The notes: generated by a model not told the origin, from the sequence alone. 64,000 nt of DNA from Anthoceros angustus (GCA_010909165.1 MU008210.1:186001-250000), one strand, 5' to 3'. Counted from the first letter of the stretch, positions 23,721-37,100 are shown. Translations and numbers: made by a program.

Positions 23721-24849
23721 AAAATGTGGTAGGAAAACCGGGGCACTCGAGTCCTCCTCTAAGCGGCCACACTTATCCCAGCCAAGTCGTTGGGTTTCGT
23801 CCCATGAGACTTGTGTGAAAGTTCGAGGTCTTGTGATGACCGTCGCTACTGACACAACTTCTCGACCTTCTAACAAGCAAGGCGCCCTCTACTCTCCCTC
23901 TTCGGTGCACTTGCTTGCTTGAAAATCACCAATCCTCGACCTACAGCGACACAACACAATTCGCAGGACCTTAGCGGCGAGCCTATCACGGGCGCCAGGG
24001 ACCCCTGATCCACGCAATTTCGTCCCTACTTCTAAGACCACTCTTCTCCACTCGGGGGCTCTTTTGCTTGCGGTTGGGATTCGTCCCTCTCTGCTGTGGC
24101 CTTCCACTAACACCTACACTTCCTCTACTCATCTCCTCATCCTCTTCCTCCTATTCTAACCTCGATTCGGGCTTATTGGCTTGACTCGCCCTTACGGCTG
24201 GCTGAGGTCGGCCTCCACCAAAGTTCTTCCTTGGGCGGTTGCTATGAGTTTGACAGACGGCGAGAACCTCCGAGTCTTTCCTGTAGTCTACCCTCAAGCC
24301 GAGTTCCTAGGCATTTACCAGCGGCAATTTCAGAGAATCATACCACGAGGCTCAAGCAATATGTGTTGCATTACATTCATAATAGAAAGTACATGCCTTT
24401 ATGTAGGCAAGGTAGTTGTAACCAATAAGTGGTTGTAACAACTAACCAATTAAATAACTACTAAAAGAAACTACCTAGAGCCCTAAGGACTAAATTAATT
24501 ATTAAGTCCTAGGTGCCCTAGTGAAGAGTGCCCTAATAGTAAGCTATTTTATCACTCCCACTCACTATGAACTAGGGGTGATTTTCGACCAAAAAGAGGT
24601 CTAGGAAAACTAGTCTAGTAAAAACTAGTCCCTAACTAAACTTTACTTAAAGGCATAAAGTAAAACTTAAGGTAAAACTGAAAGTAATAATCACTATTAA
24701 AATAACTCCCACTTAAGGAGCGAGATGAGAAACTAATAACTCAACTTAAATAGGTGGAATTAAAACTAATTAAAAGTATTTAAGCGGATTTATATATAGA
24801 GGAAAATCCAGAAAATACCTAATTTCCGAAAAGGAAAATCAAAAGGATA

Positions 24850-25550
24850 ATGGATAATACCCTTCTTCCTCAAACTTCACGAACGCGATCCGACAACTTG
24901 GTGGTTGGTACATGTGCGGTGATGGCGATGGCGGGAGGGTGGCCCGCAAAGGCGCCCAATCACCACGGGAGGCGCCCGCGTGGGCGCCATCGCGCCCTGA
25001 GCCCGGCCTCTCCGCCAGCCGCGCCGCCGTGGGCGGGCGCCTTCCGCCGGCGTCCTTGCGAGCAAGGGCGCCACGGCGCCTGGCGCCCAAACAAGAAGGA
25101 CGAGGGCGCCCCTACCTGATGCATCGTCCCTGCGGTGATGAAGAGTCTGCCTCCAGACCTCGTCCTTCCTGACCTTTCAGAAAGAAATCTCCCGCATTTG
25201 TCATTGATCGACCTCATCCTCGGAGGATGAAGCGAACCGAGATGCCTAAGGATCCTGGAGGCGCTCCAGCGGAAGAGGAAAGCGAGTCCGAAGTGTAAGA
25301 TTGCGTCTTCATTTCGCCATGTCTTCATTTCCCATGTCTTCATTTGTGAAGCAATTCGGATGTGCTCACCAAAGGGGAGGAAGCGCAGCCTAGGTGATGA
25401 GGACGTGCCCTCCCCCTCAATGAATGATGCTCCGCAAAATGCCCACCTCGCCAAAAGTGTTTGTAGGAAAGATTGCGCCCATCTTATGCTTCTAAGAAGA
25501 AGCTATGACACAAGTGGATTACAAGGATGCTAACTTGATGGATAAAGGTG
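24850..25550 (+). CDS. Antisense accessory ORF of copia B (frameshifted)
   Basis: GC-rich coding-like island in an AT-rich 3' region; TATATATA at 24791-24798, ATG at 24850; reconstructs VID(L)TSSSEDE and QRKRKASPK. Confidence 0.4.
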
Positions 25551-26399
25551 ACACTTGTGTGTGGGCGCGTTTGAGCGGATGGGTGGAGGCGGCATGGGGA
25601 GGATATGACAAGGAAGGAAAAGAAAGGTGCAATATATTAAATAAGGGTTATCCGATTTAAGCATCCTAATTTCTATATGAGTTTTAGGATCTATAACCTA
25701 GCATAAATTTTCTGCATTGATGCGGTGTAAACACATTTTGTTTCCTAAGTGTATTAAAGACAAAAACATGGGCTATTATAAGCGAATTCTACCAAAAGGT
25801 GACCAGAAAATAAAGTATACATACTCACCTTAGGTTTAAGTGAAAAGGGGAGATGTCCGGACTCCTATATATGTGAGGAAACTACCATCCACATGATAAA
25901 AATAGCAAGTCTCCCATGTGAGGAATTTCCAGGACATATCAAACATATTTTCCGTAGGTGCCTTTGGTGCTAAGGGAATTTATTGTTTTAATCACATAAA
26001 TACTGCTTAAATATTATTTTTATTTTTAATATAAATATTCCAGGTTCTATGTTGGCGTCTATGAGAGGAAGGCAGGATGACCTAAGCTATTTTGAGATAG
26101 AAGAAGAAAAATGTTCAGAAAAATAGTAAGACAATAATTTTTGGGCTAAGATTTTAAGGTTATCTTAAATCGGCCCTAAAAGCTAGGGGTGAGTATTAGG
26201 TTAAAGGTTTGGACATGTGTCCATTATACCCAAACATTTCATGTGTTTCCTATGTAACTCAATTCCCAATGACTTTGTTAATAAATCAAGCATTGTCTAA
26301 AGTTTGAACATAACTAATATTTATGGTTTGATCTTCTAACTTTTCCCTTATGTAGTGATACTCAACAGCTATATGTTTAGTTCTAGAATGAAAAAGCGA

Positions 26400-29300
26400 T
26401 TTCGTGCAAGTGCAATGGCACCACAGCTATCACTAAACAAAGATGTAGGCTTAAGTTGAGGATGGTGAAGTTCACTCAAAACTAACTGGACCACACTATG
26501 TCTTTAGAACCGAGGTTAGTACCACTCGATTCGATGCTTGACAAAGCTATAGTAGGTTGTTTCTTACTTGACCAGATATTGGTGCTCCTCCAAGAGTAAT
26601 ACATACCGATGATTTCGTGTGTCGGTCCATAGTCGGCATCGGCATATGCCGTTAGAGTTAATGTGTTGATAGCTGGTGTATGCTTGAACATCGATCCTGT
26701 ACATAGTGCCTTTAAGGTATCGAATATCGCTTAACGGACATCCGGTGCTCACGTCGGGGTTCTCCAAGAATTGTGGTGAGGCGACTTCAAAAGATATATC
26801 GTCTCGTAAAATTGCATAAATATATTAGAGTGCCAACATGTCGGTATGGAATTGCGACATTTCTAGCTTTTCTTTGTTTTGGGACTCATATCGAGGTAAG
26901 CCTAACACCACTTGCAAAAGGTGTGGGTGCGCTTTGCATCCTCAAGTCCAAATTTAGCTAAACTCTCCTTAATATACTTGGTTTGAACTATACTTAGAGT
27001 CTTATTACCTCTATTTAGTATAATATTAACACCAAGTGCATATGTCATTTCTCCTAGATCGGACATCTCAAATAGAGTCCTAAGCCATGCTTTAGTTTCG
27101 CTAGAGAGTGAGGGAGTTTGTTGCCATAAAAACATCATCAACATAAAGTAGAAGATAAAATATATCATTGCGGATATTAGGATGTACATACAAGCATCAC
27201 CACGGCTTTGCTTAAATCCTCTCCCAATAAGTTGTACATGTATGGTTAATTCCAATTCTTTTTTGCTTAAGGCCATACAAACCTTTGATGAGTCGGCATA
27301 CCCAATCTTCTTTGCCTTTGACTTGTAACCTCGGGTTGTCTCATGTATATTTCCTCTTGCGGCGCCCCTACAAATATCTTTGTCTTAACATCCATCATGT
27401 GGAGTTCAAGATCATGTTGGGCACATAAGGCAAATATCATTCAAGTGTGGCAAATTTGGCTCTTGGGGCATAAGTGGCCCAAGGTATGTAATCTAGACCA
27501 GAATTTGTGTAAAACCTCGCTACTAGGCGTGCCTTATACCTTTCTATAGAACCATCTCCTTTTCTTTTAATTTTGAATACCCATTTGCTGGTTACTATCT
27601 TCCTACCCCTAGGTGGTTTGACCAATTCCATGTAGAGTTATTAACTAGGGAATTATATTAATCTCGACTACCTTCCATAAGTCTTTTTCGGAAGAGAAAG
27701 CTTGTTTTAAGGTAAGAGGTTCTTGGGTCTATAGTTGCCTTGTAGACAGCTTGAGAATAAAGTGATATAGGGGTATAGGATCATCAAAAAGCTAGGTATC
27801 CTAAAGGAGGTTCCTTCCAACCCAGGACTGAGATAGTAGGTCGGGATCTAAGGTTGTACCTTTGCAGTGCATCATCCACGAGGCGGGATCAACGAGGATC
27901 TGCTGGCTCCACAATGTCATCCTCCGGTCATCAAACTCATCATCATGAGTGTCAACTGGCGCCTCTGCTGGGATGTCAACATTGTCGTTGCGTAGTTGTG
28001 GAATGGATGCTAACTCCTCCTCCTCGCATAATAGGTTCAACTAAAGGAACACGAGAAGCAGGAATGGGAAATGGAGTGAAATAATCAGTATCATCAAAAT
28101 AAGAAGGGTCAATGGTCTCATCAAGAGGAGGACCAAGCCTATCAGCTCCTGGGGAAAAGAGGTAAGACTCATGAAAAGTAACACTCGGGCGTATAAAAGT
28201 TGCCTTGTAGAAGGGTTGAACAATTTGTACCCTTTGATACCTTGGTGTAGCCAATGAAAGTGTACTTACTGCTTTGGGATCCAACTTCTTACGCAATGCT
28301 TTGGGAATAAAAACATATGCGGGATCCAAAAATTGAAGGTGGTCAATAGAAGGCTTCTTGCCAATGAATGCTTCATATGGAGTCATACCTTGAACTGCGA
28401 TGTAGGCAATCGATTCATGAGATAGGTTCTAGGAGGGCCTCGCCCAATAAGCCTTAGATAACTTAGCTTGTACCAATAAGCAACTGTGATCTCTTGAGGC
28501 GTAGATTCTTGTTCTCGGCTCGCCATTTTGTTGAGGAGTGTAGACAAGCTGTAAGTTGTTGAGCTATACCTTCATCGACAAAATCCTCAAATTCATAGAT
28601 GTAAACTCTCCACCATTGTCGGAACGTAAGGTCTTGAGTTTGTGATCGTAAGTCTCACCATTTCATGTAGTCCTTGAAGAAGTGAAAGGCATCACTCTTG
28701 TTTTTCGGGATGTAGGAAAAGACAAAGCGAGAGAAATCATCATGAAGGTCAAAAATATCTACTACCACTAAAGGAGGGTGTAGACAAGGGTCCACAATGT
28801 CATGTGCACTATCTCTAAAGGTGACTTGGCCCTTTGTGGAGATTTATTTTGAAAGGCTCTTGATGTCGTTTAGTGAGGACACAAGATTCGCACCAAGGTA
28901 GGTGTTCAACCTTTGCAAGGCAAGGGTTCTATATAAAGCTCCCTTAGACATTTGGATTAATTTTTGACTATTAGGATGACCAAGGCGACAATGCCAAAGC
29001 ATGGTTTGGGTAGGTGTTGGGTTTGGAATAGCAACATTAGCGAATGGGTGGCTCCCACTTGTCGACAATCTATAGAGACCATCATCTAAAGTGCCTGTGC
29101 AGTATAGTTTCTATCACTTATGAAAGAGAGAAGACAACTATCGCATAAAGGATCACCGCAGTGTGTTCTTGACAAAGACTTGCGGTGATACTAGATTCTT
29201 GCACATTGAAGGAACATGGAGGACTTGATGAAGATGAAGAACGACACGAATCACACTTGAATACAATGAACCAACACCGCTATGGGTAGGTTGTGATCAT

Positions 29301-30385
29301 CTCCGAGGACGGGGATGTCCTGCGGTGAGTAAGACTCAAAAGAGTTTCTGTTGTAACAAATATGTGAAGTAGCTCCACGTCTAAGTACCATGAGGTATTG
29401 GAGGGCTTGGAAGAAGCCAAGCACAGTGAGCACTCTGGAGTTGAGGAAGATTGTTTCTTTTCACGTTAGCTCGGTGGGGCCTCCTTGAGGTTCCCCATTC
29501 TTCTTCTTCGACAATCCTTTTCCATGTGATTTGGGATTACGCACCAATTACATATAATCCCATCTTCTTGTTACCTCTTGCGGTGTTGAAGAAGATGCCT
29601 CTCCATCATGGAAAGTATGTGCGAGGATATGGGGTTTGGAAAGTAGAACCTCGGCCTGCCTCGTCCTCTTCCTCTACCCCTTTGTGAATACATCACCTGC
29701 TTGTTGGCTGGAGTGATGATGACGTGCTTGCCTCCTCATAGCAATGCTCCAATAAGTTCGGAAACCGATGTCGGCTCTTCATTTGGATCTTCATGCAGCT
29801 TTTCGACATTGCGAATCACGCATTTTGAGTTGTAATGAAAGCCCTATAAGAAGGTGGCAATGAAGATAAGAGAATGACGTAAGCCTCCATCTACGAGATA
29901 GGTACGCCATTGAAGATTCCAAATGGGATCGTGCCAATCGAAATGCATTAACATGATGTTCGATGGTGTCGGACTCCTTCATTGAGAGGTTGCGGAAGTT
30001 ACGTGAAGGCAACAATACTCATTACATCTCGAGATGAATATAATTGAGCAAGGTGAGTCCACATATCCTTGGAGGTCTTTGCGTGTGCGACATGTCTCAC
30101 CATATGTTGAGAAAGTCCACGACCAATAAATCTTGTGCCTTCTCGTCCTGGCGTCCCGGAAGGTTGAAGTTCACGTTCAAATCGGGCGTGTGGCCTTGGA
30201 ATTGATCCATCGACGATGCCCCAAAGGTCTCTTTGCCGCAAAGCTCCTCGCATTCTCAATGACCGGATGTCATAATCCCTTCCATTGAATCTATCTTTCT
30301 CTTTGAAAATCACCATAATGATAATGCAATGAAGTGTTAGCATTATCATTACCCAATGGGGAATTAGGAGCAGTTTGTTCTTCAT
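26400..30385 (-). pseudogene. pol: Copia B gag-pol (gag, CCHC, PR, INT, RT, RNase H)
   Basis: KEKDRFNGRDYDI; CNWCVIPNHMEKDC; GATSHICYN; LWHCRLGHPN; TPYEAFIGKKPSIDHL; SKWVFKIKRKGDGSIERYKARLVA; YADADY. Confidence 0.95.
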
Positions 30386-32099
30386 TCATTGATCACTCCA
30401 GCCATTGTAGGTGATTTAGAGGACTAGGCCTGCCTCCTCATCTTCTCTATGCATGCAGAAACTCTTCTCTTGCATCATAATCGATTCGGATGATGATAGC
30501 ATGCTCTCAAATCTCTGCGCATTATCAACCTTAGAGAGAATAGACAATTTTGTCCTTAATTCAGATAATTCTCCCTTAAGATCAAAGGATTGGATTCTAA
30601 GAGTTGCTAATTGACTATCAATTTCTTGAAATCTAAGAGTTTCTATGCTATTTTGTCTTGCAGACTAGAAGATAAAGGAGTACTAATACCCGATTCAAAT
30701 TTGGGATATGTTGGAGCTAATTCTAATGCCTTGACGTGAATTGGACTAAAACTTCTAGCAAATCACGTCTAGCTAGCTTGATAAACTTCCCTTGATCCGG
30801 TTTAGAAATTAAAATAGATGCAATGAAGTTTGCTATACAAGAGGAGGTTTCTTCTATCTCTCCTCTATAGCTTGTTGTCTTCTATTGCTTCTATGTGTTG
30901 GCTCTAATTTGTTCTTGTTGTCTTGGGACTACTTCTCTTCTTAACTCTATGCCTTCTCCTTCTAAGGGAACACAAATCCATGGAGGAAGAACAAAGAATT
31001 AGTGCATAAAAGCATTGTTAGAAGAGAAATGTTAGCATAAAAGAATGCATGCAAAGATAGCAATTCTAGGATAAACACAATCCATCTAGGCAAATGCTAG
31101 ATTAGAAAGTGTCTCCTAGATAAGCTACTTAGATGCATGAGGATGCACAAGCAAACAAAGAGCAAGTGTGCTCGATACCATGATGAGAATCATACACAAG
31201 CTCTAGCAATATGTGTTGCATTACATTCATAATAGAAAGTACATGCCTTTATGTAGGCAAGGTAGTTGTAACCAATAAGTGGTTGTAACAACTAACCAAT
31301 TAAATAACTACTAAAGAAACTACCTAGAGCCCTAAGGACTAAATTAATTATTAAGTCCTGGGTGCCTAGTGAAATTGCCCTAATAGTGGCTATTTTATCA
31401 ATTTCATGGCAACCATTCACAAGGAGCAACTCGTTTAGGCACTTGCAGTGAGCAAGTCCTCCACCAAACTTTCAAATGCGCGACTTCCTCTCTACAGACA
31501 GCACGTTGGCTCACGGCAAAATTCCTCTGTAATGGCAAAGGACTCGTGAGTATGGGCGCAAGGCGTGATACTTTACTTTGTGAAATCCTCCTCCTCTTAT
31601 AGGAGGCCTTCCACAACCTCCCTTAGGTGACCCCTCAGTCACCTTTTCCAATATTCTATTATTTCCTACACTTGACATTTAATGCAGCACCTAATCTATG
31701 CGATCCTTGGTAAATTCTATTCTAGTAACTTCACCTAAGATCATCCTTAAAGGATGTCAGCCTACACCACTTATCCTTCCTATTTTCCTGCTCAACATTT
31801 ATGGTCTTTGACCATTCCTAGTCATCATCCGGCTGGGGTGGCGACGTGTTCCTTGTGGATTGGCTCCCTCGCCCTCCTTTTGCTCTGTCCCTTCCCGGAT
31901 CACATCGTCTTCCTAATGTGTGGGGCAAGTATAGTGCCCTTCCTTCAATCTCGGTGGCGCCCAATTCTGTCACTCGGCAATCGCGCCCCCCTCCGCACTC
32001 GGCGCCTTTTCCAGCCTCCGCCGCTTTGGTCGCCTTCATCGACACCTACCGCGGTGAGTACGGACTACGGGTAGGTGACTACCTACCGGTAGTCGCCCC

Positions 32100-33635
32100 T
32101 TTCTCCTTCCTTCTCTGCATCAGTGAGGGCTTTCCGGGTCAAGATTTCCATTGCTCTTTGCCTGATGTTTGATTTGTCCATATCTACCATAGAGCATCTT
32201 CAAAGAGTCTTCATCCCCATTCGCCGCACCATGCGGATCTCCTCACTAATCCTTTGGACCTTTTTCGTGCTGGGCTCCTCTCCTGGCTCAGGCCCTTCCC
32301 TTGCTCGTGGGGTGAGGGAATTCCTTACCCCTCCCCCTTCCTCGGCGGATCTAATCCCGCCCTTAATCTCTTCTGGTGGGGTTGTCTCCCCCACCACCTC
32401 AGCGGCTCCTCCGAGGGGCATACTACCGGACCCCCCGGCTCCTTCATCCTCAGCCAGGCCTCCGCGGCCCGACTCCCCAGAGGCCGCGCTCCCGCTGCTC
32501 CACTCCCGGTGGTCGACTACGTGCACAGCTACCGTAGACACCCCCCTGACCCGCCGCTTCCCCCTCCTTCTCGCCTCCTTCTGCCATCTCCTCCTTGGCG
32601 TCGGCTCTCCCGTCTCCTCCTCGGACTCCTCGGAGTCCATGTCGCTCATGGCCTCATCAAAGTCGGGCCTCTGCACTTGCGCTCCTTCTGTCATCATCAT
32701 GAGGACCTAATGTCCTCCTCTTGAAGTAACTTCATTGTTGGCCTTCAAAATCTGTTGGAGATGAGCCCCAAGCTATGATATTGCATTTGGAGATCATCAA
32801 TCTCAGTGGGCCACTCTCCATCTTCACCTACCCCTTGTAGGCATCTCTTGCGGGTTAATTCTCCCACCTTGACATGGAGGTCACATTCTCCTCCTTGTTT
32901 CCCTCATTGGTTGGCTAATTTGCTGAAGGGCATAGTGCCCAAATCTCTTCCTCACCACCATCCATGCACCACCTTCTTGTGGTGCTCCTCCTCTGGAACC
33001 TCCTCCGCTCCGGTCCTTGTTGCAAGCCCTTCCTTTCTTGCCAATCTTCTCGCGCTCCAATTCCTGATTCTTGGTCTTGTGTCTCCTCCGGCCTTCTCCT
33101 TCAAATTATCGGGTCCTCCAATTCTTCTTCCATGTCCGGATCTTGATGGCTTGGGTAGCCATCACTGCTCCTCCATTTGTTGGATCGCACCTTCTCCTTC
33201 CTAGAGCCTCGTTTTGCCCTTCGTTCTTGCTCTAATTGGGCAAAATGCTCCTCATATACACTCCAGAGTCCCTTTGGGGTTGTTCGGATGGCTCTTTCTC
33301 TGTTTGACAACCTTCCCTCCGGGACCTTCTCCGCTCTTGTTGATCACAAGATCGCTGGAGCTTCTCCTGACCTTCTCCGCTTGCCTTCTCGTCGGACTCC
33401 ATGGCCTCCATGCCATTTGGTCCTGCTCCTCGGCATCAGGCTTTGACACTTCCTCTTGCATGCCCAAGGAGGCTGCTAGTTAGCCCCTTCAATCCACATG
33501 GTGAGTGCTTCCAAGCACTCGGCAACTCAGGGCCCAAATTCCACCCCTGGGCCTCTTCTGGAAATCTCCAGCTCCTACTCCAGGGCCATCACGCGGCGGC
33601 GTGGGTCCCCTCACCGTCGCTCCATCCGCTCTCCC
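32100..33635 (-). pseudogene. 3' half of the Athila-like accessory ORF (acidic, low complexity)
   Basis: ORF 32200-32700 and others; 32565-33635 is colinear with 34186-35310. Confidence 0.65.
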
Positions 33636-33637
33636 AG

Positions 33638-34138
33638 CGCGGGTCGATGGAAGAACTGGAAGGCATGGCCGACCTTCCGGTGCTGATCGAGGAGAAGCGC
33701 GACAAGCTTCTGACGAGCCTGGAGGGCGCTGAGCGGGAGCGGCGCACTGCGGCAGACGAATTGGCGCAGGCCGACAGCGGGTTGCGGGCCGCTCAGCAGG
33801 CGTTGCGGCTCGCGCAAGGTCAAGTCGGCGAGGCGCGCGAAGGCAAGGCACGCATCGAGGCAAAGCTGGAAAGCGCGCGGGCCCGCCGCCAGGAGGAGGC
33901 TCGGAAAATCCGCGAGGTGTTTGAGGTCGCGCCGGAGGATTGTCTCGCTCTCGCCGAGCTGAAGCCGGGCTCGCAGCTGCCGCATTTGGCAGACGCCGAC
34001 AAGCAATTGACGCGGCTTAAGGGTGACCGGGAGCGTCTCGGCGGCGTCAATCTGCAAGCCGATGAGGAACTCACCGTGCTCCAGGCGCAGCACGATACGA
34101 TGGAAGCCGAGCGCGCTGACGTTGAAGACGCCATTGCC
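33638..34138 (+). CDS. smc: Fragment of bacterial chromosome-segregation protein SMC (C-terminal coiled-coil arm), alphaproteobacterial-like
   Basis: Indel-free 167-codon frame ...LTRLKGDRERLGGVNLQADEEL..., matching the SMC RERLG.VN..A.EE motif; high-GC bacterial codon usage; ends at the N at 34139. Confidence 0.85.
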
Positions 34139-34185
34139 NTAGGTGGTCACCTACCGTGGTAGGGTGACCCCCTGAGGTGGGCTGT

Positions 34186-37100
34186 CCCCTCCTTACTCGC
34201 GCCATCTTCCTCCTTGGCGTCAGCGGCCTCTCCTTGCCTCAGGTTCTTGATTCCTCGAGTCCATGTCCTCGGGCCTCATCAAAGTCCGGGCCTCCGGTTG
34301 CACTTGTTGCAACTCCTTCCTGTCATCATCATGAGGACCCTATTGTCCTCCTCTTGGCCAACCGTAACACCTCATTGTTGGCCTTCAAAATCCTATTATG
34401 GAGGTGAGCCCCTAAGCTGTGATTTGGAGATCATCAATCTCCGTGGGCCACTCTCCATCCTCACACCTACCCTTGTAGGCGTCCCTTGCGGTCAATTCTC
34501 CCACCGACATGGAGGTCATTCTCCTCCCTTGCTTCCTTTGGTTGGCTAATTTTGCTTGAAGGGCATAATGCGCCCAAAATCTCCTCTTCCTCACCACCGG
34601 CATCCATGCACCACCTTCTTGTGGTGCTCTCCTCTGGAACCTCCTTTGTTCCAGCTCGGCCACTTGCTTGGCAAGTCTCTCCTTCTCCACTTGCTCACTT
34701 CCCTCGCGCTCTAGCTCTTGTTATCTTGAGCCTTTAGCTCAGCTTCTCTTCAAAATTGAGCGGGTCCTTAGTTCCTCTTCCATGTCCGGATCTTGATGGC
34801 TTGGTAGCCATCACTGCTCTTGTCCATCCATTTGTTGGATAACCTTCTCCTTCCTAGAGCCTCTTTTGCCCTTTCTCTTGCTCTGCGGGCAAAATGCTCT
34901 TCCATATACGCCTCCAGTCCCGTTGGGTTGTTGCCGAATGGCTCTCTCCTCGATGTGACAACCTCCCTCTAGGACCTTCTCGCTCTCCGTTGGTCCACGA
35001 GATCAGAGCTTCTCCACCTTCTCCAGCTTTGCCTTCGTCGGACTCCATGGCTCCAATTGCCATTTGGTCCAGCTCTCCTCTCGTCATTTCTTGGGCCTTG
35101 ACTTCCTCGACTTGCCCTGAGGCTGGCTCCTAGCCCCTTCAAAATCCACATGGTGAGTGTCTCACAAGCACTCGGCAATTCTCTCTAGGGTCCTAATTCC
35201 ACCCTGTTGGCCTTCTTGCTGGAAATTTCCAGCTCCCTTGCGCTCTCGGACCATCAGCGGCGGTGGGGTCCTCTGTCGCCCATCGCCCTTCCTCCGGCGG
35301 GTGGTGGCCTAGGCGCCGCCCGCCTCGGCTCTTCTCCTTCCCTTCCTACCATGGTGCACCTACGGCGTGGGGTGCTTCCTGCGGTGGCCTACCAGTGGTG
35401 GTGCCGCAGTGGTCGCCCACCCTTGGGTGGGCTGCCTCCCCTCAGGGTGAGGCTGCAGTGCCTCTCTCTAGGCACAAATGAGATGGTGGGGACTCCCCAC
35501 CCTTGGGGCTGTCACCTCTCCGTAGTCCTCCTCTCATAGACTACCATTCGGCCTTCCTCGGCGGTTCACATTCCTCTCCTCCTTGCTCTTGTGGGGAAAA
35601 GCTTTCCCACTTGCAACCTTGTTGCCTCTACATCCTCCCTTGCTCCTAGCATGCTTGTGGAGGTCGACCTCCCCTTCCTCAATGCAAAGGCAAAGGCCTT
35701 TCCAAGCTTGGTGGAGATGAATTATCTCAGAAGGATGCCAAGCATCTTCCAACTCCTTGCTTGTGAGAAGTCCCTCCGTTTCCACAAATGCACCAAATAG
35801 GTGCTAAGGTAGCGAGGCCTTGGCCCTTCCTCATCCACAATTTGGCTTGAGGAGCTTCTCCTGGTGGATGTAGGCCTCATACATGATGGTGCCCCAATCT
35901 GGCTTGGCTCCCATTGAAATCTTCCACAAAAACTGGAGGAAGTTGGTGCTGAAATAAGAAGTTCTTTGGTAATTCACCAACCCCAGCACAATCTTACAAG
36001 AGCCTCCACTTGACTCCTTGATGCTCATTTTCCAGCCATTCTTGGCATGGGCCTTCACTCCTCCGTCCATCATGTCGAGGATCTCTGCGGAATTTGGAGA
36101 GGGCCGTCCTCTTCCTCCATTCGTCCTCTCGAGAGAGCAATTCGAGCTCTCCTCCTCCGGTCTCCCATACACACACAGCTCCTTACGGTCCGGCGAGGAT
36201 CCGTTCGAGCATTCCTTTAATGTCGGCAAGGCTGCCTCGATTGATGGAGATTGATGAAGCACTCCTCAATCAACTCCAAATTGGTGTAGGCCCATTGGCG
36301 TATACACCCATCCCAATTGGATGTTATCCTCCTCGCCCATTCTTGAAATCAACCAAATCGCGGGGTTGCGCAAAACAAGTGAATTGGGGCATCTCGACTT
36401 CCTCACAGCGGTGCCTCTTCTTTCTTTCCTTTCACCTCGCGAGGAGCCCTTGAGGTTCCTTCCCTTGCCTTTCTGCTCGAGGCATGGTGCCTTGGCTCCT
36501 CCAAGTGCTTCAAAGAGGAATTACTTCCCAGCTGGGCTTCAAAATTCCACACCTCTCACCTCTTCCTTGTTGGCCCGCTCTCCTGCAGGCCACGTTAGCC
36601 ACAGTTTGAGTCCCCATGCTAATTTCCTCTCGCGACTTCTTCTTCGAGCGCCACCAGCGGCTCAGCGCCTCACGCCTCAATTCCACCGCACTTGATCGCG
36701 CCGACTTTGCTCGGCCTCCTTCTCAGATCCGGGGTGCGTGAGCTTTCCTTCCGCTCGTGGCTCTTTCCTTCCTTCGGCGGTCGCTCTCTCGCTTGGTCCT
36801 CCTTCCCGATTGCGCGCGATCTTGCGTCACTCTCAGCTGGCTCGCGGTGATGGCAGCACCTTTTCCTTCCTCTCTTCCCTCCTCTTCTCCAACTTCAACT
36901 CGGCCGGCTCTTGCGGCGTCTCGAGAGGCGCTGCAAAGCGCACTTTGCCCTCTTTGGATGCACCACGGAGGCACAACCCTAGATTGGTTCATCATTCCAA
37001 AATCCTAATCCTATCGCCTATTTTCTATTCTAGCCTACCCTAATTAATCTATATTTATATTCCCTATTGGTGAGCATATATAGTGGATATTCTTCCTTAT

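Larger units (their letters stand above)
15680..23724 (-). mobile_element. Athila-like Ty3/gypsy element copy 2 (integrase deleted, accessory ORF interrupted by a TIR element)
   Basis: PBS-like at 23706-23720, gag 20900-23600, PR-RT-RH 18781-20880, accessory ORF pieces 15680-15812 and 18040-18670. Confidence 0.85.
24332..31400 (-). mobile_element. Full-length Ty1/copia element B
   Basis: LTRs 24332-24554 and 31181-31400; TSD ATTTC (24327-24331 and 31401-31405); PBS Met (tggtatcgagc, about 31170-31180); PPT 24555-24565. Confidence 0.93.
23725..32095 (-). repeat. Athila-like LTR (about 1.3 kb: 23725-24331 plus 31406-about 32095) split by copia B
   Basis: Starts tgtggtaggaaaacc and is homologous to the LTR starting at 49338. 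The halves rejoin across the ATTTC TSD. PBS on the left, PPT-like cccctttctccttccttctc on the right. Confidence 0.75.
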
